Virus record (IMG/VR): IMGVR_UViG_3300025875_000590
Coordinates: 1-64,000 of that record
Source: a virus
Lineage: Duplodnaviria > Caudoviricetes
Reading direction: 5' to 3' (one strand)
DNA length: 64,000 bases
A program made the translations under genes and the position numbers. Under the pieces are notes generated by a model. That model had not been told where the DNA came from, did no database searches, and worked only from the letters and a program-made list of their open reading frames with translations. Shown here piece after piece: positions 8,613 through 17,206 of this stretch; within the stretch, counting starts at the first letter, position 1; each line of letters opens with the position of its first letter.

Positions 8613-9371
8613 TCAGCCGCTGTCCGGGTCGTCCCGTCGAGGGTGCGAGCAGGCCACGCCGTCCACGGTGAACCCCGCCCGGTCGCATAGCGAGCAGGCC
8701 AGCGCAGCACGAGCACGCCGCCACGCGGCGTGCCCCGGACCGCCCAGCTCCGCTGGCGGCCCCGACGGCGGACGGGGCACGGGGTCGACCTCGGCCAGCG
8801 GCGACCGGGGCAGCGGAGGCCGGGGCAGCGGAGGCCGGGCCGCTGGTCGCGGAGCGTCACGAACAGGCAGCGCGGCCGGCGACGCAGGAGCCGCCGTACT
8901 TACGTGAGACACAAGATCAGATTGAGTAGAAGGTTCTGTGACTGGTTCGGGTGACGTAGGCGTCAGGGCTGCCGCGTCGCCTACGTCAGGGCTGGCCGCT
9001 CCAGCACTGACGCCAGCGACAGGGCTGGATGGGTGCTCAGGCGGTGACTCTCCGCGCAGGCGGCGAGGGACGTAGGCGTCGCGCTTCCTCTCGACGGCGA
9101 GGTCCCAGACTGTGGGCCGGTACTGAGCCGGGATGCGAAACGCGGCCCGCTGGTCGCCACGGCGGATGAGGCCACGCTCCTCCAGCTCGGCCAGGTCGCG
9201 GGCGACCGCGCGCTCGGACTTCCGGGCGTAGTAGGAGAGCAGCTCGACGGAGGGGTAGGCGTCCCGGCCGTCCTCCTTGGCGTGGTTGGCCAGGCCCTGC
9301 AGGACGGCGAGGCAGTGCGTGGGGACGTCGGGGGCTTCGACGGTGGCCCAGACCAGGGCCTGCAAGGTCAT
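8613..9371 (-). CDS. HTH replication initiator (lambda O-like)
   Basis: MTLQALVWA...VLQGLANHA..DGRDAYPSVELL...SERAVARDL.ELEERGLIRR. Confidence 0.75.
   Translation of the reverse strand: MTLQALVWATVEAPDVPTHCLAVLQGLANHAKEDGRDAYPSVELLSYYARKSERAVARDLAELEERGLIRRGDQRAAFRIPAQYRPTVWDLAVERKRDAYVPRRLRGESPPEHPSSPVAGVSAGAASPDVGDAAALTPTSPEPVTEPSTQSDLVSHVSTAAPASPAALPVRDAPRPAARPPLPRPPLPRSPLAEVDPVPRPPSGPPAELGGPGHAAWRRARAALACSLCDRAGFTVDGVACSHPRRDDPDSG
8899..9029. other. Candidate replication origin (iterons plus AT-richer tract) inside initiator gene
   Basis: Four related CGTCAGGGCTG-type copies next to an A/T-richer stretch at 8899-8948. Confidence 0.5.
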
Positions 9372-9859
9372 CGGGTGCCCTTCCGACTGTTGCAGGACCG
9401 ACAGAGCAGCTGGAGGTTGGCGTCGTCGTCGGTCCCGCCGTTGATGACCGCGATGACGTGGTCGACGGTGAGGCCGCTCTCGACGCCGCAGTGCTGGCAG
9501 GAGAACCCGTCGCGCTCGCCGATGCGCCGGAACGCCCTGGCCGCGGCGCGGTCGGCCTCCAGGCGGCGGAGCAGCTGAGGTGTGCGGTTGAGGTCTCGGA
9601 CCACGGCGTCGAGTTCGGCGAGGTAGCCGCGGCGGCCCAGCTCGGTCACGTAGCCGAGGACCGTCTCGCGGTCGTCGCCCTCGGCGAAGGGCATGGCGCG
9701 GTCGACCAGCGAGTCGCTGACGCTGGTGCCGGTGTTGACGAACCCGAGCCACACAGCTCGAGCGCCGGCGGAGACCTCGGAGTCGGACAGCACGCCGTCG
9801 GAGAGCCTCACCCGTTCGGGCTGGGGAGGCTGGTGGGTCGCGGGGCAGGGCGTTACCAT
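9368..9859 (-). CDS. HNH endonuclease
   Basis: RDGFSCQHCG...TVDHVIAVINGGTDDDANLQLLCRSCNSRKG. Confidence 0.9.
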   Translation of the reverse strand: MVTPCPATHQPPQPERVRLSDGVLSDSEVSAGARAVWLGFVNTGTSVSDSLVDRAMPFAEGDDRETVLGYVTELGRRGYLAELDAVVRDLNRTPQLLRRLEADRAAARAFRRIGERDGFSCQHCGVESGLTVDHVIAVINGGTDDDANLQLLCRSCNSRKGTR

Positions 9860-9975
9860 GATCGTGACTCCCGGTAGGGTCCACGCCCCTCGGTCGCCTG
9901 GCAGCGACGCGAGGGGCTCTCTACGTTCCGGGCCCGGACGGGCCCGGTCACTCTATGCGGTCGACCCGCCACGCG

Positions 9976-10368
9976 TTACGTGAGCGGGGCGGCGGCGCGT
10001 TCCTCGGCCGCTGCAGCGGCAGCCTCAGCGGCCTCGAGCTCCTGCTGCAGCACGGCCATCCGCTCCCGGGCACGGTCGGCGTCCGCGCGGCGCTCCGCGG
10101 CCTCCGCGGTCGCGGCCTCCCGGACGGCGAGCGCCGCCGCCCGGGCCTGGGCGACCTCGTCGCCGGGCCAGCGGTTGGTCGCCCGAGCCCACGCTTCGAT
10201 GGTGTGCTCCCACCAGAACGGGACGGTGCGGGAGACGTGCCCGTCGGGCAGCGGGAACTTGGTGCGGTGCCGCAGGTACTTCCACCGGGTCGGGGTGGAC
10301 TGGTCGACGCCGAGCATGTCGGCGATCTCGGCGAGCCCCAGCGGGGCGGGGCGGCGGGCAGGGGGCAT
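9976..10368 (-). CDS. AlpA/excisionase-like HTH DNA-binding protein
   Basis: LGLAEIADMLGVDQSTPTRW...FPLPD...WWEHTIEAW; GGAGG RBS before ATG 10368. Confidence 0.65.
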   Translation of the reverse strand: MPPARRPAPLGLAEIADMLGVDQSTPTRWKYLRHRTKFPLPDGHVSRTVPFWWEHTIEAWARATNRWPGDEVAQARAAALAVREAATAEAAERRADADRARERMAVLQQELEAAEAAAAAAEERAAAPLT

Positions 10369-10412
10369 GGGCGGGTCCTCCAGGGGAGCGGGTGGCGCGA
10401 GAGCGCCGGTGG

Positions 10413-11141
10413 TCATCGGAGACCGCGGGCGGTGAGCTGGGCGCGGGCGCGCTCGAGGGCGGCGGCCAGCGCGGTGAGGGACAGGTCGCCGGCGTTGACG
10501 ACGTCGGCGAGCAGGTCCCACCCGGCGCTGGCCTTCCGGCCGTCGAGGCGGAGGTAGGCGGCGACGTCGTCGGTGTGCTGCTCGAGGCCGTCGGTGATGG
10601 CGATGACCGCGGCGTCGACGGCGTCTGGGGTCCAGGTGGCGCCGACGTAGGGCAGCAGGGCGGCGCGCATGACGTCGCCGAGCGGGTCGAGGACCTCGGC
10701 GTCGACCACGTCGTCGTCGGCGATGACGTAGGTCCAGCCCTGGCATCCGCAGTCCCCGCGCAGGCAGCGACCGAGGCCGGTGGGCGCGGTGTCGAGGGCT
10801 TGGTGGACTCCGGCTTCGTGGCCACAATCCTCGGTGGAGCAGGGCAGCCTGTCGGTGTCTTCGACGCCGAATACGCGGCCGTTGCTGGTGCCGGTCTCGT
10901 CGGGCAGGTGTAGGCCGTGGCAGCCGGGGTCGGCGCAGTAGAAGCCGATGATCGTTCGGGCGGCGAGTGGGCGGGGTCGCCAGCCGGGGCACTTGCAGTG
11001 GCCGACGCCGACGAGGGAGCAGGTCCCGTCGCCGCGGTGCAGGCCGGCTCCGTGGGGGCAGCAGTCGCCGGGGGCGGCGAGCGCGTCGGTGGCGGCCTGG
11101 GTCTCGGACGGCGTGCGGCGCGGGAGGTGGGGGGAGGACAC
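10413..11141 (-). CDS. Cys/His-rich hypothetical protein
   Basis: Several C..(G)H....H...C..C.C modules; start-associated motif upstream. Confidence 0.7.
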   Translation of the reverse strand: MSSPHLPRRTPSETQAATDALAAPGDCCPHGAGLHRGDGTCSLVGVGHCKCPGWRPRPLAARTIIGFYCADPGCHGLHLPDETGTSNGRVFGVEDTDRLPCSTEDCGHEAGVHQALDTAPTGLGRCLRGDCGCQGWTYVIADDDVVDAEVLDPLGDVMRAALLPYVGATWTPDAVDAAVIAITDGLEQHTDDVAAYLRLDGRKASAGWDLLADVVNAGDLSLTALAAALERARAQLTARGLR

Positions 11142-11146
11142 GGGCA

Positions 11147-11160
11147 GCTCCTCAGCTGGT
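11147..11160 (-). promoter_or_regulatory. Start-associated motif
   Basis: Exact copy before start 11141. Confidence 0.85.
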
Positions 11161-11280
11161 CGACAAGTCGGGCGTGCAGGAGGACGGTACCCGCTCCCCC
11201 GCCTGGCCGTACAGGTCGCATAACCGCTCGCGTAGTGGGGGCGGGGGCGTTACCGTGGTCGCCTCGCCTCCACGAGACGA

Positions 11281-11315
11281 CGCAGCCCCCACCGGGTCAG
11301 GCGGTGGGGGCTGCG
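11281..11315 (-). terminator. Terminator-like hairpin ending the tail/lysis block
   Basis: 14-bp perfect stem directly after holin stop. Confidence 0.65.
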
Positions 11316-11320
11316 CTGTG

Positions 11321-11599
11321 TCACCGGTCGGCGAGCCCGTCGCCGTCGACGTCGTGGTGCGCGCCGTTCCCGTCCCGGTCGAGGGCGTCGAGGACGACGG
11401 CCCGGTTGCGGCGCAGCCACGCCGCGGCGCCGCCGGCGAGCAGCACGAGCGCCCCGGCGGTCTCGGGGGTGAGGTCGACGCCGAGCAGCCCGGCGATCCA
11501 CACGAGGGCGAGGACGCTGCTGCCGGTGCCGACGCCGGCCACCCACTTCTGCGTGGGGGCCAAGGTGGGCTGGTCAACGGGGTCGGGGGTGTCGCTCAT
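11321..11599 (-). CDS. Putative holin
   Basis: 92 aa, two hydrophobic segments, charged tail, end of tail cluster. Confidence 0.6.
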   Translation of the reverse strand: MSDTPDPVDQPTLAPTQKWVAGVGTGSSVLALVWIAGLLGVDLTPETAGALVLLAGGAAAWLRRNRAVVLDALDRDGNGAHHDVDGDGLADR

Positions 11600-12159
11600 C
11601 GTCCAAGCACTATCTTCGCGGCCTGCGTGTAGATGAGGCTCTCGATGCGCTGCTGGCCGAGCCCGTTGGGGTGGAACTTGTCGGTGTCCCACAGCTCGGG
11701 GCGGTCGCGGGGGAACCACTGCTGGTCGAGGGGGTCCATCCAGCAGTCGAAGTCCAGGCCCCACACGGCCTGAAGAACGGCGTCGCGGGCGGCGATCACG
11801 TTGGACGGGATGGTGTCTGGGCCTGACCACTGAGGACCGATCCACAGGTGCTTGGCGGCGGGGTACCGCTTCTTCGCGGCATGCAGCGTGGCCCAGGCCG
11901 TGGTGCACAGCTCCCGGTTGTCGGCGGCCTGGTCGTTGACCGACCCGAAAAACACCACGAGCTTCGGGTCGGTGGTCTGGGCGGTGAGCAGCTGGCGGGA
12001 GAAGCGGTTGCGGCCGGCCCAGATTCCGGTGGCGATGAAGCCGGAGCCGGGGACGGCTCGGTTCTCCACGGGCATCCCGAGGTGTTCACCGAGCAGGGTC
12101 GGCCACACCTTCCACGGGGCTTGTGCGGTGAAGCTGTCGCCGATGGTGAGGATGGACAA
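11596..12159 (-). CDS. SGNH/GDSL hydrolase
   Basis: GDSF, PGSG, GSVND and DKFHP blocks; TTG start with GAAGGAG RBS. Confidence 0.85.
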   Translation of the reverse strand: MSILTIGDSFTAQAPWKVWPTLLGEHLGMPVENRAVPGSGFIATGIWAGRNRFSRQLLTAQTTDPKLVVFFGSVNDQAADNRELCTTAWATLHAAKKRYPAAKHLWIGPQWSGPDTIPSNVIAARDAVLQAVWGLDFDCWMDPLDQQWFPRDRPELWDTDKFHPNGLGQQRIESLIYTQAAKIVLGR

Positions 12160-12178
12160 AGGGGGGGTGCTCCTTCGG

Positions 12179-14416
12179 TCAGGCGCCGGTGTAGGCGAGG
12201 TGGAACTCGACGTTGTCGAGGTAGTGGGATGCCACAGCCGGGACGACGGCGCCCTGGGTGGTGTCGATGCGGAACCTGCCGTCTGTGAGCAGCGTGCACA
12301 GGGCGCGGATGTTGCCAGCGCCGACAGGCAGCTCAAAAACCTGAGTCTGAGCGGGCCACCAGCCTGCGGGCATCGTGATGGGGAACTGAGTGGCATTGGC
12401 CGCGTAAGCGCCACCGTTGAAGAACCAGCCGACGAGCCGTGCTGTGCCGTGCGCGGTCCTGTAGACCATCGGCTTGTGCCCGGCGGGAATCCCCCATCCG
12501 CCGTTGACGGTGACCGGCGTGAGCGGCGACTGCACGAGAGTCTGAGATGGGAGCAGGAGTCGCGTGGCGCGGATCTCCACCACGTTCTCCTTGCCGCCGG
12601 CATCGGCATCGGCCCACGTGATGTTGATGGCCGCGCCAGCCCCATTGCTCAACGACAGCAGAGACGAGGCCAGAGAAGTCGATCCAGTGAGGCTGGGGGC
12701 GGCGGCGCCTTCCTCCCCTAGGAACTCGATGACCCCCGTGGCCAATGAGCCATTGCTGAGAGTCTGGGCAATCCGAATGCGAGGACCAGTCGCGGCGGTT
12801 TGAATGACGCCGACGATGTTGGCACCGGTGGCTGTGAGCAGACCCGTGGCGGGGTTGATCGAGGTCATGGCGACCCCGGCGGAGTTATAGCCGACCAGCC
12901 CGTTCGTGGAGTCGATCTGGATGCGCTGCCCGGACGCGGCGGTGCGGATCGTGGCGCCGGTGATCGTCTTGCCGTTGATCGCGGCGGCGTTGAGCGCGGC
13001 GGCGTAGATCGAGCCGTCCACGAACAGGTTCTGCGCGTTGATCGACTTGGCGGCGAACACCTCGGTGCCGAACTGCTGCAGCACCCACGCCGACCCCGAC
13101 CAGGTGGACAGCCGCCGGCCGTTGGCGGTGTCGATCCACAGGTCCCCGGCGATGAGGGAGGACCCGGCGGCGGTGGGAGCGGTGGCCTGGGGGAACACGC
13201 GGTTGCGCCCGTTGGCGAGGGTGTAGGAGGCGTCGGCACGGCTCTGTGCGGTGGCGATGGTGGTGTCCCGAACCGACGTCCACGCCCCGGAGGTCCAGCG
13301 GTACAGGCGCAGCCCGTCGTCGGTGTCAACCCACAGGTTGCCCTCGATCTGCCCGGTCGAGACCGGCGCGGTGGCCTGGTAGTAGGTGACGATCTTGGAG
13401 TTCGCGGTGCTCTGCGCGTTCCCGGCGGCGGTGCTGGCGGCGGCGGCAGCCGTCACGGCCTCGGCGATGCGCTGGTCTGCGGCCAGCAGCCACGCCGAGC
13501 CCGACCAGCGGTACATGCGGTTGCCGTCGTCGGTGTCGAACCACAGGTCCCCGACGTCGCCGGCGCCGAGCCCGGTGGGGGCGGTGGCCTGGAAGTACGA
13601 CGTGGTCTTCCCGTCGGCGGTGGCCTGAGCGTCGGCGGCGTCGGCGATCGCCCGGTCGGCGGCGGCCTGAGCGGCTTCGATGCCCAGGTCCCGCACGAGG
13701 ATCCACCGCTCGCCGTCCCAGCGGCTCTGCCGCTCCTGGTTGGCGGTGTCGATCCAGAGGGCCCCGACGTCGACGGCACCGGTGGGCGCGGTGTCCTGCC
13801 GGAACGTGCGCACCTTGCTCGTGGCGAGGCCCTGCGCGACGGTGGCGTCGGCGACCGCCTGGGCGGCGTCCGCGGCGGCGCCTGCGGCGTCGGCGTCGGC
13901 GAAGGCCACGGTGGTGCCGGCGAGCGCGGCAGCTTCGCGGGCGGCGTCCGCGGCGGAGGCGGCGAGGTCGGCGTGCTGCTGCACGTCCCCGCCGGTGGCG
14001 GCGGCCTGCTGCGCGGCGGCGAGCGCGGCGGACGCCTGAGCCGCGGCGTCGTCGGCGGCCTGCTGCGCGGCGGCCACGTCCTCGCGGACAGGGTCTCCGG
14101 CGGCGGCTTCGGTCTCCGCCGCCTCGGCCGCCGCGACAGCAGCAGCAGCGGCGTCGACGGCGGTGGCGGCTCGAGCGGCGGCGGCGTCGGCCAGCTCCTG
14201 CGCCGCAGCCGTGGTGAGTCCAGCGGCGTCCGCGGCGTCCTGCGCGTCCCGAGCGACCTCGGGGGCGAGCGCGATCTCCTGCATGGGGACCTCGACGCCG
14301 GGAGCCACCTTCACCGAGGCCTTGTTCAGCCGGTTGCCGGTGGCGAGGTTGCGCAGCTGCCGCTCAACGTCGGCCATCCACGCCGACATCGCCGCCGGGT
14401 TCGGGAAGTCGCTCAC
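12179..14416 (-). CDS. Tail fibre / receptor-binding protein
   Basis: Ala-rich coiled coil, four QATAP...GDLW.DT...W.G..W repeats, variable C-terminus. Confidence 0.8.
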   Translation of the reverse strand: MSDFPNPAAMSAWMADVERQLRNLATGNRLNKASVKVAPGVEVPMQEIALAPEVARDAQDAADAAGLTTAAAQELADAAAARAATAVDAAAAAVAAAEAAETEAAAGDPVREDVAAAQQAADDAAAQASAALAAAQQAAATGGDVQQHADLAASAADAAREAAALAGTTVAFADADAAGAAADAAQAVADATVAQGLATSKVRTFRQDTAPTGAVDVGALWIDTANQERQSRWDGERWILVRDLGIEAAQAAADRAIADAADAQATADGKTTSYFQATAPTGLGAGDVGDLWFDTDDGNRMYRWSGSAWLLAADQRIAEAVTAAAAASTAAGNAQSTANSKIVTYYQATAPVSTGQIEGNLWVDTDDGLRLYRWTSGAWTSVRDTTIATAQSRADASYTLANGRNRVFPQATAPTAAGSSLIAGDLWIDTANGRRLSTWSGSAWVLQQFGTEVFAAKSINAQNLFVDGSIYAAALNAAAINGKTITGATIRTAASGQRIQIDSTNGLVGYNSAGVAMTSINPATGLLTATGANIVGVIQTAATGPRIRIAQTLSNGSLATGVIEFLGEEGAAAPSLTGSTSLASSLLSLSNGAGAAINITWADADAGGKENVVEIRATRLLLPSQTLVQSPLTPVTVNGGWGIPAGHKPMVYRTAHGTARLVGWFFNGGAYAANATQFPITMPAGWWPAQTQVFELPVGAGNIRALCTLLTDGRFRIDTTQGAVVPAVASHYLDNVEFHLAYTGA

Positions 14417-15552
14417 GGGGTGCCCCCGACGGTGAGCGCCACCTGATCGCGCTTGCCGGCGTCGCCGACGGTGACGTCCTCCCCGAGCACGCGGGTGACG
14501 TGCAGGACCGGGGTCGGCCACTCCTCGAGCGACTCGTCGGTGATCTCCAGGCCGACGTCGTCACCAGGGATCACGCCGGCGTCGAGGTACCGCTCGGGCT
14601 CGACGGTGACCCCGGAGAACACGTACTCCGACGCCTGGCCGGCGCGGAGGGCGACCTTCGCGCGGGCCTCGAGCAGCGGCTCGTCGTCGGTGTCGGAGGC
14701 GGAGATGGTGCCGATCCAGGACGGCCAGCCGGAGTCCAGCTCGAACACGCCGGCGGCTTCGTCCTCCACGGCGACCCACGGCTGGGCCTCCCCCGACCCG
14801 GCGCCGAGGGCGATGACGACGTTGTCGGTGCCCGACCCGTCCTCCTCCAGGTCCCAGGTGAGCAGGCCCCCGTCGGGGTAGGCGAACTCCAGCTGCGTGT
14901 CGGCGTAGCGGCGGCCGAGCCGGTCCCCGTCATCGAGGACCAGGGCGGTGGCGAACCGGCCGTCGACGTCGCGGTAGCAGTCGACGCGCACCTCGAGGGT
15001 GCGGGCCTCCAGCTCGGTGAGGCCGAGGATCAGCTCGAGGATGGGCTTGACCTCCCGGGCGAGCCACTCGCGGTCCTCATCGATGCCGGCGCCGCCGATG
15101 ACGGGCATGACGCGCCCGTTGGGGGTGCCGCCGCGCTGCCGGCCGATGCGCTGCAGCAGGAGCTCGGCGGCGTCGTGGGGGCTGCGGTTGCCGGGGATGA
15201 GGTCATCGAGCAGCCGCTGCCGGTGCAGCCACCCCTCCCAGGTGACGGCGGAGAAGGTCAGGCCGGGGGACCCCGACGACCGCTTGCGGCGGGAGACGGG
15301 CCCGCCCCACCGGCAGGTGGTCCGGCCGTCGGGGTGCTCGTACTCCACCCAGGCGGCGGTGCGCCGGGGCCGGGTCGCCGACCACGGGTTGAGCGCGCGC
15401 ACCTCGGGATCCGACAGCGACAGGTAGGCGTCGAGGGTGCCGACGCCGTTGACCTGCCGGCCGAACTTGACCCCGGTGAGCGGCAGCGTGGCCAGCTCGG
15501 CGCCGGTGAGCATGTCGGTGAGCGTGTAGGTCCAGGGGGACTCCCCGTTCAC
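14413..15552 (-). CDS. Minor tail protein (baseplate hub-like)
   Basis: Position after Dit-like gene; LPLTGVKF...GTL...WGGPV pattern. Confidence 0.7.
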   Translation of the reverse strand: MNGESPWTYTLTDMLTGAELATLPLTGVKFGRQVNGVGTLDAYLSLSDPEVRALNPWSATRPRRTAAWVEYEHPDGRTTCRWGGPVSRRKRSSGSPGLTFSAVTWEGWLHRQRLLDDLIPGNRSPHDAAELLLQRIGRQRGGTPNGRVMPVIGGAGIDEDREWLAREVKPILELILGLTELEARTLEVRVDCYRDVDGRFATALVLDDGDRLGRRYADTQLEFAYPDGGLLTWDLEEDGSGTDNVVIALGAGSGEAQPWVAVEDEAAGVFELDSGWPSWIGTISASDTDDEPLLEARAKVALRAGQASEYVFSGVTVEPERYLDAGVIPGDDVGLEITDESLEEWPTPVLHVTRVLGEDVTVGDAGKRDQVALTVGGTP

Positions 15553-15689
15553 CGCGCCCACCGGGCAGCGGAGATGGCGGCGCGGGTGAGCGCGACCGCG
15601 GTGGCGACGCCGATGCTCACCCCGGCCAGGGACCAGCGGAGCCCGCCGTCGACCGGGGTAAGCAGGTAGTCCAGGGGCCAGCGGGTCAC
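15549..15689 (-). CDS. Small membrane protein (46 aa)
   Basis: One hydrophobic segment, overlaps endolysin stop and next start. Confidence 0.45.
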   Translation of the reverse strand: MTRWPLDYLLTPVDGGLRWSLAGVSIGVATAVALTRAAISAARWAR

Positions 15690-17083
15690 GGGCGGGCCGC
15701 CACGAGCATGCGGTAGTCGTCGGCGTAGCAGCGGCCGAACAGGGTCGTGCGGGGCAGCCACCGGTGCTGGTAGGCGGCCATCGCGTCGGTGGTCTGCTGG
15801 CCCCACACGCCGTCGGCCCAGCTCGAGCGCCAGTCCTTCACGCCGGGCACGAACCCGAGGGCGATGAGCTTCCGCTGGATCCAGAGGACGTAGGCCTTCT
15901 CCCACGCCGCCCAGCCGCCGTGGGACTGCGAGGGGCCGCGCACGTCGCCGAAGTAGTGGGAGGCGGGCATGCGCAGCCGCGACGGCCAGCTCGGCGCTGC
16001 GGGCACCGGGGGGATGACCGGCGCGGCCGGAGCCGGGGCGGGGGCGGCCGGCTTCGGTGCGGGAGCAGGGACCGGGGCCGCACCCGCGGCGACCCGGAGG
16101 ACCTGGCCGACGGTGAGGGTGTCCGAGGACAGCCCGTTCCAGCTCTTGATGAGGGCGACCGTCGTCCCGTAGCGGCGGGCCAGGGCGTACAGGGTCTCCC
16201 CCGCGGCGACGGTGTGCGTGCCGGCGGGAGCCGGCGTGGGCGCGGGGGCCTTCCCGTAGTCGCGGTGGATGGACGCGGGGTTGGCGAGGTAGGCGTACAC
16301 CTCCCGCCAGAACCGGTCCATGTCCAGGGCGGAAGCGTCGACCTTGCGGCCCTTCGGGAGGGCGTAGGAGGCGTGCCGAGTGGTGAACCGGTCGTCCTGC
16401 TTGATCTCCAGCAGGATGGAGGCGACCAGCCGCGGGTAGGCGTCCCGCTCCTCCTCGGTCCAGCTCTTGCCGTCGGACTCGGCCTCGATGCCCACCAGCA
16501 GCCCGTTGCCGTCGGTGCAGCCGTTCCAGTTCCCAGCTCCGGCGTGCCAGCTGGTCAGGTTGGAGATCAGGTAGACGGTGCCTGAGCGGCCGAGCCCGAA
16601 CGCCGAGAGGCTGTTGGCGAGGTCGGAGCGCCCGTCGCGGACGATGCGCAGGGTCGGGTAGTCCCCCGGCGTCGACCAGGCGGTGCCGGTGTGGTGCACC
16701 AGCGCCCCCCACACGGCGCGCATGGGCCCGCCGGCGGTGCGGGCCGACCACGCCTCCACGACGGGGTAGCCGGTGCGGGCGGCGATGCGCCGCATCTGCT
16801 CCCGGGTCAGGCCACCCTTCTGGATGAGGGTGCGCCGGATCGGGCGGGGCAGCTTCGCGGTGCGGGTGCCGGCCATCGCGCGGGCAAGCCGGTCGGCGCC
16901 CTCGTAGGGGTCGGCGCCGATGGTGCGCACGGCCTGCAGCGCCCGCTGGCGGAGGTGGCGGGGCTGGGAGAACGGCAGGGCGGGCGCGGTGTTCGCGGCG
17001 ATCCAGGCGTCGTCCACGTACTCGGACGGGTCGACGTCGGCGGCGGACCAGCCGCGGGCGATCTCGGGAGAGGCGAGGGACAC
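15686..17083 (-). CDS. Endolysin: amidase_2 + LysM + PG-binding
   Basis: VHHTG...SWHAG...GIEAE; LysM HTVAAGETLYALARRYGTTV; ADGVWGQQT. Confidence 0.9.
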   Translation of the reverse strand: MSLASPEIARGWSAADVDPSEYVDDAWIAANTAPALPFSQPRHLRQRALQAVRTIGADPYEGADRLARAMAGTRTAKLPRPIRRTLIQKGGLTREQMRRIAARTGYPVVEAWSARTAGGPMRAVWGALVHHTGTAWSTPGDYPTLRIVRDGRSDLANSLSAFGLGRSGTVYLISNLTSWHAGAGNWNGCTDGNGLLVGIEAESDGKSWTEEERDAYPRLVASILLEIKQDDRFTTRHASYALPKGRKVDASALDMDRFWREVYAYLANPASIHRDYGKAPAPTPAPAGTHTVAAGETLYALARRYGTTVALIKSWNGLSSDTLTVGQVLRVAAGAAPVPAPAPKPAAPAPAPAAPVIPPVPAAPSWPSRLRMPASHYFGDVRGPSQSHGGWAAWEKAYVLWIQRKLIALGFVPGVKDWRSSWADGVWGQQTTDAMAAYQHRWLPRTTLFGRCYADDYRMLVAARP

Positions 17084-17166
17084 GGGGCGGCTCCGGGCAG
17101 GCGACTGGAACGCCCGGCCCGGAGCCAGCAGCGTCGTCTAGTGTGCCCGCCCGGGGCCGCGGAAGG

Positions 17167-17198
17167 CCACGGACGGGGCCGGGCGGGCGTGTCCGTGG
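17167..17198 (-). terminator. Hairpin between minor tail gene and endolysin
   Basis: 8-bp stem CCACGGAC/GTCCGTGG. Confidence 0.35.
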
Positions 17199-17206
17199 GC
17201 GGAGGG

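Noticed and set aside
8806-8840. 15-bp tandem duplications (also about 49255-49290)
   Set aside because: Short in-frame slippage repeats (PPLPR, AHRLA) with no sign of function.
9976-10368. Excisionase implying an integration module
   Set aside because: HTH is compatible but no integrase or att site is visible; left as a generic HTH protein.
12179-14416. Diversity-generating retroelement target in tail fibre
   Set aside because: No reverse transcriptase or template repeat seen in the window.
17135-17150. CTAGAC half-site upstream of endolysin as an operator
   Set aside because: Only one half matches; insufficient.
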